Below are positions 56,834 through 64,000 of a stretch of DNA of 64,000 bases, one piece after another. The notes beneath the pieces are model-generated. The model had not been told where the DNA came from, made no database searches, and worked only from the letters and a program-made list of their open reading frames with translations. The DNA is from a virus, in IMG/VR virus record IMGVR_UViG_3300045988_184160, positions 107,260 through 171,259 of that record, one strand, 5' to 3'. Each line of letters begins with the position of its first letter. Position 1 is the first letter of the stretch. A program made the position numbers and the translations under genes.

Positions 56834-57670
56834 ATGGGAAAATCAACACCAGCTCTACTGAGATCATCCACATGGAGGTACGCCGCGAAAACAGGTGCGC
56901 TCCCACCGAAACTAGCGCCCCTATACCAGTCACCAGAAGAACTGGTGCGCGCCATAAATGAAGAGTACGGGCGGCTACTGCACAACAGTAAACCAATAGA
57001 GTATGTCTACAAGAACGAGTATGCGAGGCACATGCTATCCGTCTACTGGGATAGTTTCTCAATCCAGTTCGAATACCCAGTAGGGGACAGTTGGGCTGAT
57101 ATTATCACTGTCACAGAGGACACAGGCATTAGCGTGGTTGAAATAAAAACTGAGCGGGATACCCCAGCACGTTTAGGGACACAGGTTAGTGATTATAGGC
57201 GTTTGACCCCGCACGCTTCTTTACTGGTTAGCGGTAATGACACCGAGAAGTACGCTCGCGCATGTGAGGAACTAGGTATACCAGCACTAACCTTCTCCAT
57301 ATCAGAAGGCATACAAACACCAGCGCGCACCCCAGAACCCATAACCCATGCGCACACAGACCCCACCACAATAATCAGCTACCTACGAGACAAAGAACAG
57401 CAGCAAGCCCTCAAACTACTCGGCGCGACACCCGCAGGACCGGAAACATCGAACATTACTAGGTGGCGGCGTAATAAGGAACTGCTTTTAGGGTACCCCG
57501 CACATGTGCTGTGGGAGGCAGCTTCCAGCGTTGCCCTAGACTCTAGGCGCATACCAGATTATGCGTATGATCTACTGATGGTTGCGCCAGCCCCTTTGAC
57601 CGCTTGCCTTCTGCAGGTTGCACCGAACCGCCCGCAATGTGACCGGTTAGCTGGGCTGCTAGTCAAATAG
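56834..57670 (+). CDS. PD-(D/E)XK-type nuclease-like protein (sce7726/MmcB-like)
   Basis: GDSWADIITVTEDTGISVVEIKTERDTPARLGTQVSDYRRL fits a D...E.K core followed by RL..Q...Y. Confidence 0.5.
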   Translation: MGKSTPALLRSSTWRYAAKTGALPPKLAPLYQSPEELVRAINEEYGRLLHNSKPIEYVYKNEYARHMLSVYWDSFSIQFEYPVGDSWADIITVTEDTGISVVEIKTERDTPARLGTQVSDYRRLTPHASLLVSGNDTEKYARACEELGIPALTFSISEGIQTPARTPEPITHAHTDPTTIISYLRDKEQQQALKLLGATPAGPETSNITRWRRNKELLLGYPAHVLWEAASSVALDSRRIPDYAYDLLMVAPAPLTACLLQVAPNRPQCDRLAGLLVK

Positions 57671-57861
57671 GGGCATCAAACAAGCGAGCGCCCGCGCGAC
57701 ACGAGGATAACAAAAAATTTTCGCCGCCGTTACAAAACCCACACGATAATGTGCTACACTATTTATTACGCGAGTCAATATCGCATCCTTCTTGGAAGCG
57801 GAGGATGAGGGTCCAAACATGGTTGGATTATATTTTGATTCTGTGTATCGGTGATTGCGAC

Positions 57862-57904
57862 GCGGGACTCTAAGGTATTTCTGTATTTTTCCTTAGAGTC
57901 CCGC
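57862..57904. terminator. stem-loop with plus-strand U-tract
   Basis: GCGGGACTCTAAGG / CCTTAGAGTCCCGC; 14-bp perfect stem followed by ATCTTTTT. Confidence 0.55.
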
Positions 57905-57921
57905 ATCTTTTTATATGTTTT

Positions 57922-58179
57922 TTATTCGCCGTCAATCTCTGGGAGTTTGAACTGGGTGGTGTCCACCCCTTCCTCCTCAACACGGATCCTCGGTAAAGTA
58001 AGTGCAGCATAAATGCCGCCGCCGAGTAGGGCGGCTACGATCAGGAACCCAGGGTTTTGGGTTGCCATGTCTGGGTTGGTGAACAGGATGAGGGCAGGGA
58101 AGATTAATGCTGAGGTGATCATCCCCAGGATTGTCCTTTTGAGTCCCACGTGTCTGGGTTTCTTATTTTTGTGTGTCAT
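57922..58179 (-). CDS. small two-TM membrane protein
   Basis: 85-aa ORF. Confidence 0.5.
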   Translation of the reverse strand: MTHKNKKPRHVGLKRTILGMITSALIFPALILFTNPDMATQNPGFLIVAALLGGGIYAALTLPRIRVEEEGVDTTQFKLPEIDGE

Positions 58180-58589
58180 TGCTTTTCCTTATTTGTTTGA
58201 AGCTGAGTTTTGTTGGTTTGGGGGTTGGTGTACTGCTGCCTACAGTCGTGTGGTTTGTGGGTGGTGGCGGGACAGTACGTATAGATTACTATATTTCTGC
58301 TGTGGTTTTCCAGTGTTCCCCGTAATATTCTGTACTGTTAGGTGAGGCTAACTGGGGCTTTTTCTGTTGCGTGCTACAAGGTTCACTGAACCAGCCCGAA
58401 CCATTCTCGAATACTCATACCCGAAACAACCCTACACTTCAACGAACACCCTAATAAATTTCAGAAAAAATGCATAAAATAATTTGACACCCAAAACGGC
58501 GGGGAATATTCTAACAATGTAGGGAAACAGCACAACAGGACGTGCAGAAACCTACGCAAGAATAAACCCTAAAACATTGGAGTAACACT

Positions 58590-59327
58590 ATGGAACTCAC
58601 CCGCAAGAACCTGCTCAAAGGCGCAGTTGCCCTGTCCCTCACCGGAGCTACCCTGTTTGGTGCAGGTGCACCCGCTGCTCTAGCGCAGGAGGTTTCCGCA
58701 CCCGTAGCGTCCGCTGTGCAGGCTAACAAGAACCCGCAGGTTGCGGCAGATATGGGTGCTAAGGCTATCCAGTCGTTCAAGGATGTGAACGAGTCCACCA
58801 CCCCGTTCTACAAGGAGATTGGTTGGCTGCAGGAAGCACAGATCAGCACCGGCTGGTCTGACGGTACTTTCCGTCCCCAAGCAAAGGTTGAGCGTGCAGC
58901 AATGGTGGCTTTCCTGTACCGCCTGAATGGTTCACCTGAGGTTGAGCTGCCCGCCGCCTCACCGTTCAAGGATGTGGACGCATCAAACCCGTTCTACAAG
59001 GAAATCGTTTGGGCTCACCAGCAGAAGATCACCACTGGCTGGTCTGATGGTACTTTCCGTCCGTGGGAGCCCATTTCACGTGAAGCTATGGCTGCTTTCT
59101 TCTACCGTGACGCTGGTCGCCCACTAGTAGATATGTCTGTACACCAGCGCTTCAAGGATGTGGATGCATCGAACCCGTTCTACACTGAGATTCAGTGGTT
59201 CGCTCAGCGCGGCATCACTACTGGCTGGGGTGACGGAACCTACCGCCCCCATGAGGCAACCAACCGTGACGCAACCGCTGCGTTCCTGTTCCGTTACGCC
59301 GTGAACGTGAAGGGTCTGGGAGCCTAG
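58590..59327 (+). CDS. secreted protein made of three SLH domains
   Basis: Signal peptide, then three SLH repeats. The middle one is close to the second SLH of the GH25 enzyme. Confidence 0.8.
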   Translation: MELTRKNLLKGAVALSLTGATLFGAGAPAALAQEVSAPVASAVQANKNPQVAADMGAKAIQSFKDVNESTTPFYKEIGWLQEAQISTGWSDGTFRPQAKVERAAMVAFLYRLNGSPEVELPAASPFKDVDASNPFYKEIVWAHQQKITTGWSDGTFRPWEPISREAMAAFFYRDAGRPLVDMSVHQRFKDVDASNPFYTEIQWFAQRGITTGWGDGTYRPHEATNRDATAAFLFRYAVNVKGLGA

Positions 59328-59438
59328 TAATTTTAGTTCCTTAACCTAATTGTTTAGCCCGCCATACTTGAAACACAGTGTGGTGGGCTAAAGCTTTATG
59401 GGGTACCATTACAACTAAAGAACACCACAAACAGAAAG

Positions 59439-59756
59439 ATGAGTACACTCATGAGCTACTGGGCATCCCTCGAAGAAGAAGCCAGCGGCACCCCAAACGA
59501 AGTTTGCGGCTTCAAAATAACAGATGAACTACTGGAACCTCTACGGTTCGCCTTGGGTGGTGACGGGTTGTGGGAGCTTAACGGAAAAACAGGTGGTGAA
59601 GCGACACCTTTGATCCGTAGCGGGTTGGGGCACCTGTCCAGCAACCCCCAACCATTAGGGGGGCATTGGGATCAGGTCGCGCGAGCTCGGCTCACCTTGG
59701 AGCACATGCACAACCTATCCTCCGCTTACCCCACCTGTTTCTGGGCGATTGATTAA
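59439..59756 (+). CDS. hypothetical protein
   Basis: 105-aa ORF. Confidence 0.45.
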   Translation: MSTLMSYWASLEEEASGTPNEVCGFKITDELLEPLRFALGGDGLWELNGKTGGEATPLIRSGLGHLSSNPQPLGGHWDQVARARLTLEHMHNLSSAYPTCFWAID

Positions 59757-60053
59757 CCACCTAGAGGGGCGGGTTACCAGTAATATGAATCTAACATTGA
59801 AGGTAAAACAGTGAACACACAGCAGGATCAGAAAATGAACGAAATCAACAAGGCACTAGACCAGCTGCAAGAAGACAAAGCAGACACAGAAGCACTCAAA
59901 CAGGCGAAAGTTAACGACGACGGGTACCGTGTGTCACTAGAGGAATACTTAGCGAGCATCGACGAATAACCTCATAGAGTTTTAGTATAAAAAACAGGTT
60001 CCCCATGTTGCCTCCACCTCAAGCAACACGCGGGAACCTGCTTTAATTTCCTC

Positions 60054-60437
60054 TTATAAGCGACTGAGAACGTTACGCATAGTCGCTTTAAAATCCAGCG
60101 AACCATCATCTTTCACGATCACATCATTGCCCGTAACAATGTAATCACCAGAAAGCTCAACGAGTGCTAACCACAACCCATAATGAACCACAGAATAGTC
60201 ACATCCTTCAAGTGAGAATATGAAATTGTGCGACATGTCCCAGTTATCTTCTTGGAGGTCCGTCTCGGTTATGATATAGAAAGCCCAGTCATGGGACACG
60301 CGGTACGAAACATAATCGGTTTCATAATCTGGTTCCCCGTCAGGGAGTACTCGGATTCGTCGATCCCCATAGCTTTGGAGAATATTGCGGAGTTTCTGGG
60401 TTTCGCTGCTGCTGGTGGGGGTTATCTCATACCACAT
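60054..60437 (-). CDS. hypothetical acidic protein
   Basis: 127-aa ORF. Confidence 0.5.
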   Translation of the reverse strand: MWYEITPTSSSETQKLRNILQSYGDRRIRVLPDGEPDYETDYVSYRVSHDWAFYIITETDLQEDNWDMSHNFIFSLEGCDYSVVHYGLWLALVELSGDYIVTGNDVIVKDDGSLDFKATMRNVLSRL

Positions 60438-60597
60438 GTTGGTTTCCTTCCTAGTGTCTCGTCCACATATTATATACGCTTAAATATTCTAGGCACATAT
60501 TTTCTGTTTTTCCTGAGAATATATTTTTAATCCCCCTGTGTGGCGTGTCGCCTTGCCCCCAACAACATTCCCTATAGTACCGTGAGAAATAGGTGTT

Positions 60598-61179
60598 ATG
60601 GAGGTGAAAAATATGGATTATGGGATCACGACAACTATTCTTGGTGTGTCGCTACTAGTTTTTTCTATCATCGTTTCTATCATATCCACCCGTAAACACA
60701 GGAAACTTGTTGACGCTTACCCTGTCCCAACAGTCGTGTACAAGACAGAGACGGAGCGTGACAAGGGGGTGGGCGTGATCTACAGGGTTGGGGTGCTTCG
60801 CCGCGTGCGGGACAGTAGGATGCTGCAGCTTGAGGCGAACCTTGTGTTTATTTCGCTGCTGAATGTTGTGTCGCTGGGGTCCTTTCTGAAGCCGAGTATT
60901 ACGACCCCTGTGATAGTTGCCAATATTTGCTTATCGTTCGTGTCTACGGTGGTGACTTTCATGGTGCCTGACCTGCTGGATCGGGTGCAGAAACTTGTTG
61001 TGAAGGATAACGACGATTCGCTCATGTTCCTGAAAGGTGCACACGAAACCACACCCCAAGCGGGTACGCGGAGGTGGTTCTGGTGGCGGGACGTAAAAAC
61101 ACCCCCAACGCACGCTGGGGTGTCAACTACTGCACCCACACGGGAATACCGATTTCTTAACAGCTTCAGCAACCGCTAA
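60598..61179 (+). CDS. membrane protein, function unknown
   Basis: 193 aa with three TM helices. Its 3' end overlaps the convergent methyltransferase gene by 57 nt. Confidence 0.45.
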   Translation: MEVKNMDYGITTTILGVSLLVFSIIVSIISTRKHRKLVDAYPVPTVVYKTETERDKGVGVIYRVGVLRRVRDSRMLQLEANLVFISLLNVVSLGSFLKPSITTPVIVANICLSFVSTVVTFMVPDLLDRVQKLVVKDNDDSLMFLKGAHETTPQAGTRRWFWWRDVKTPPTHAGVSTTAPTREYRFLNSFSNR

Positions 61180-62241
61180 AGCCAAACGTGGCGGGACAGC
61201 ATTCCCGATCTGCCTAAACTGGGCAGATTGCGTGCCTGACCACCGCATGTCTCTCGGGAAAGTCTGAAGTGCAGCTGCCTCCTGGACAGTAATTCTTCTC
61301 AAGTGCGCCTCGTCTGGAAGGTCAGTGATCGGTGGTTTTCCACCCACGAAAAGACTCTGATGATACTTTTCCACCCAAGGGGTGACTGATGGATTCATCA
61401 GGTTAGCCTGGTCCACTATAGGAGTGCGGTTCCCTCCCATTGTCGCAGGAAGTGTCGGTGCTGGCATGTCCAAGTTCATGGGGCGACCCTGCCCGTTGAA
61501 AATCATTCCAGCGTATGCGGATTTACGAAGCACAGGTTTTTTAGCTGGCGTAATTTTCGCTATACATAAAGAATCATTACCTGGCTCACCCCAAGTTGGA
61601 AGCTGGTTGAATGTTTCTCGAACGGTAGGCAATGAAAATTCAGTTGGTCTAGCTGACAGATCAACGTCTGGGGCATCTTGTGGAAGTCCGATGAGGAACA
61701 TTCTTTCTCGTTTTTGTGGGACTCCCCAATGTGAAGCATCCAGTATCACCAATTGAGTCTTATAGTTGGTTGAAGCATGTTCTTGGAGGTTCTTAATGAC
61801 TTCAGACCAACGCCTATTTCGGGCAAGTGCTGCAACATTTTCCATAACAAAAGCTTTGGGTCTGATTTTCCCTACTATTCCCAGAAAATCGAAAACGTGC
61901 TTTGAGCGAGGATCATCGGGGTTCATATGCCCAGCTGCAGAAAATCCCTGACACGGTGGTCCACCAATCACTAAATCGCCCATACCTTCATGGAAAAGAT
62001 GATTGAAATCCCGTATGTCTCCTACAGTGGATTTGCAGTTAGCAAGATTTTTTGCTGCCTCAGCCCAATCAGTGTCTTGGGAAAGGTGAGTTTTCTTGTG
62101 TGTGGTAATTGCGAATGGGTCAATGTCGTTGGCGAAAATAATGTTGAATCCTGCTTGTGCGAAACCGATATCCATACCGCCAGCTCCCGAATAGAGGGAT
62201 ACCACTCGTGGATTTACATGAGTTCTATGAGATTTCTGCAT
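61123..62241 (-). CDS. DNA (cytosine-5) methyltransferase, orphan
   Basis: Motif I LYSGAGGMDIGF, motif IV GGPPCQGFS, motif VI ENV, motif VIII QKRER, motif X QIGNAVPP. Confidence 0.9.
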   Translation of the reverse strand: MQKSHRTHVNPRVVSLYSGAGGMDIGFAQAGFNIIFANDIDPFAITTHKKTHLSQDTDWAEAAKNLANCKSTVGDIRDFNHLFHEGMGDLVIGGPPCQGFSAAGHMNPDDPRSKHVFDFLGIVGKIRPKAFVMENVAALARNRRWSEVIKNLQEHASTNYKTQLVILDASHWGVPQKRERMFLIGLPQDAPDVDLSARPTEFSLPTVRETFNQLPTWGEPGNDSLCIAKITPAKKPVLRKSAYAGMIFNGQGRPMNLDMPAPTLPATMGGNRTPIVDQANLMNPSVTPWVEKYHQSLFVGGKPPITDLPDEAHLRRITVQEAAALQTFPRDMRWSGTQSAQFRQIGNAVPPRLALAVAEAVKKSVFPCGCSS

Positions 62242-62552
62242 GGTTCAACATTACGATTTTGAGAGTTGAGAATCAAACTGTTGCCCTAGTTCCCGCGTTT
62301 CCCCCATGTGTCCAAGCCATAAACTGGATCTGGCATTATCTGAAAGGCTCATAAGTGGTGTCCCAGATAAGCTCGAAGGACGCGAAATAGCCTGCTCTTA
62401 TCAGTTGGAAACCAGCTTCACTAAACGGAATGGGTTAGGCAAGCCTGATAACTTTTTGGCAACGGCTGTGAAACAATCGTTTGAAAAACCAGTGGCGAGT
62501 AGTATATCCTTGTCACTGTAAGGCTTTCGTCACCGCTAGGAGGGGATTCAGT

Positions 62553-62945
62553 ATGTACCGGAGCGCCAAGGATAGGGCAGATAAAAAGACCCAAACACAA
62601 GCCGCCAAAGTCAGGCAGATCCTTAGGCACGAAATAAACCGTCTCCCTGCAGAAGAGAAAAACCGTGTGTACAATATGGTGACCCAAACCGAACTAGAAG
62701 CATACAACAAAACCCGAGAAAAAGGCAGCAACAAGGACTGGTACACCAAAACCCACCCGCGCGCAAAACACTCACGCCGAAACCAGCGCACGGAGCGTAT
62801 GCAATACCCAAATAAAGGTGCCAACCTAGCTGCAGAAGCAGAGCATGTAGACCACACGACACTGCCGTACAGGTACCGTAACCCCCTCACTCGGAAAGAA
62901 GAAAAGCCCCGTGACCTGAGGGTTCGGGCAACAAAATTCGACTAA
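62553..62945 (+). CDS. basic hypothetical protein
   Basis: ATG 62553 follows SD AGGAGGGG. K/R-rich. Confidence 0.45.
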   Translation: MYRSAKDRADKKTQTQAAKVRQILRHEINRLPAEEKNRVYNMVTQTELEAYNKTREKGSNKDWYTKTHPRAKHSRRNQRTERMQYPNKGANLAAEAEHVDHTTLPYRYRNPLTRKEEKPRDLRVRATKFD

Positions 62946-63177
62946 CCTGCAACACGAAAAAGGAAGAGGAATAAACGGATGTACAGTTCATATCTCGAAG
63001 AAATTATGGGGGTACTCAGATGAAAAACGAAAAACCCTGAAAGAGAATTTGTTGCGTCATGGGGATCCTCAAGATCTGATCTTACTAGCGCACATAGAAG
63101 AAGCTGAGAAGTCCCGTGACTCAGAGGATCACGTTACTAAGTTTAACTAATTAAAGGTTAGAAAGAAGAGGTAAATA

Positions 63178-63402
63178 ATGAGCTACCCCCCCCGTCACGA
63201 TCCGTACCATGATCCTTATCAGTGCATGACCCTGCAGCAAGCGATGAATCTTTCCCCAGAAGAGAGGGAAGCAGCGAAGCATGATCTAATGCATCATGGA
63301 AGAAAACAAGCATGGGAACTCCGCCGTCAAATAGAAGAAGAGGAAGAAAACCAAAAGAAGTGTGACAAAAACGAAGAATACAAAACCCTAATAAAAACCT
63401 AG
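63178..63402 (+). CDS. hypothetical small protein
   Basis: 74-aa ORF with SD AAGAGG. Confidence 0.4.
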   Translation: MSYPPRHDPYHDPYQCMTLQQAMNLSPEEREAAKHDLMHHGRKQAWELRRQIEEEEENQKKCDKNEEYKTLIKT

Positions 63403-63494
63403 GGAATCCACCCCTAAGAATACCCGCAGACGCCTACCGTGCGGTTAAGGATGTCCTGAAAGAAGCGGTTAAATACGCCCCAGAAGGCGGGCTA

Positions 63495-63719
63495 GTGCAG
63501 CTGCGTGTATTCAACTACCATCAACCGTTCACGTCCCCCGCGCTCAGGCTTGAAGTTCTGGGTGTGACACCCAACGGTGCAGTGAATGTGCTGTGCAGGT
63601 ACGAGTACGGTAAAGCACCCATAGAGTTCTCTAACGAGATTTTTGATGAGGGCGCAATATTCACATACGTTGAAGTTGACTTCCTCTCCGCTTTGAAAGA
63701 TGGAGATTCCTGCCAGTAG
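63495..63719 (+). CDS. hypothetical small protein whose 3' end lies in the tnpB right-end homology block
   Basis: 74-aa ORF with a GTG start. Confidence 0.35.
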   Translation: MQLRVFNYHQPFTSPALRLEVLGVTPNGAVNVLCRYEYGKAPIEFSNEIFDEGAIFTYVEVDFLSALKDGDSCQ

Positions 63720-63728
63720 CCACGTTCA

Positions 63729-64000
63729 CTAGAACGTAGCTACTCTCGGTGGGTGAACAGCATCAACAATAACAGCGTTTGCCAGCAAACGTCTTACATT
63801 ATCTCCACATTGTTCGTTTAGGCTCTCGGCAAGCCCTGCCGCGAGCATGATATTAACCGCCGCGTTTATATCCCTATCCAAGTGAGAGTCACACCCAAAG
63901 CAAATCCAGTCACGGATATTCAGCGGCTTTTTGCCGCCTAGTGTACCGCAGATAGAGCAGGTTTGAGTGGTAGGTGCGAAACGGTCAATCTTAATAACCT
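63729..64000 (-). CDS. tnpB: TnpB, C-terminal part (runs off the right window edge), related to copy 1
   Basis: Hand translation gives ...DRFAPTTQTCSICGTLGGKKPLNIRDWICFGCDSHLDRDINAAVNIMLAAGLAESLNEQCGDNVRRLLANAVIVDAVHPPRVATF, with the stop at 63729-63731. Confidence 0.8.
   Translation of the reverse strand, partial: VIKIDRFAPTTQTCSICGTLGGKKPLNIRDWICFGCDSHLDRDINAAVNIMLAAGLAESLNEQCGDNVRRLLANAVIVDAVHPPRVATF

Noticed and set aside
1025-64000. The idea that the two related tnpB copies delimit a 62.7-kb composite transposon.
   Set aside because: tnpB-only elements are not known to mobilise intervening DNA as composites. The copies are diverged outside their 3' ends, and no shared outer boundaries or target duplications are visible.
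1-64000. Search by eye for tRNA T-loop signatures (GGTTCGAATCC-like), rRNA, tmRNA, integrase, recombinase or relaxase genes.
   Set aside because: None was found. GGTTCGAG at about 18285 lies inside fadD and lacks tRNA context. A covariance-model scan (tRNAscan/Infernal) would be needed to exclude them formally.

Overview
This 64-kb window looks like the interior of a large Gram-positive conjugative element or plasmid. The host is most likely actinobacterial (inference from gene content and promoter style). No rRNA, tRNA, CRISPR array, integrase or relaxase was recognised. Layout: (1) 1-13.3 kb holds a tightly packed plus-strand type IV secretion operon: an NlpC/P60 hydrolase, polytopic membrane proteins, a VirB4-like ATPase and an FtsK/TcpA-like coupling ATPase. 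A frameshifted tnpB lies antisense inside it. (2) 13.4-17.9 kb holds an NfeD-flotillin unit, an orphan Dam-like methyltransferase and unknown genes. (3) 18-20 kb holds a FadD15-like acyl-CoA synthetase. (4) 20-30.9 kb holds unknown and membrane proteins, plus a low-GC solo tnpB island at about 23.55-25.34 kb. (5) 31.2-37.8 kb holds a vWA/Ig-repeat surface adhesin with a non-canonical sorting signal, a class-F-like sortase, and a convergent, unusually long (506 aa) TnpB-like nuclease. (6) 37.8-44.3 kb holds two operons that each carry a Panacea (DUF4065) antitoxin-type gene; the first is preceded by an orphan promoter-terminator unit. (7) 44.4-54.8 kb holds lipoproteins, a PspA / DUF488 / tandem YqeY-like cluster, and an uncharacterised operon led by a secreted 4-Cys peptide. 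(8) 55-59.3 kb holds a GH25 muramidase and a second protein that share SLH anchoring modules, plus a PD-(D/E)XK-like gene. (9) 60-63.7 kb holds an orphan C5 cytosine methyltransferase and small unknowns. (10) At the right edge is a second, partial tnpB related to the one at the left edge. Most proteins between the recognisable modules have no function I can assign. The best candidates for uncharacterised systems are the PanA-linked operons, the long TnpB-like gene with its adjacent small transcription unit, and the 50.1-52.3 kb peptide operon. All calls come from reading the sequence and ORF track by hand; no database search was run.
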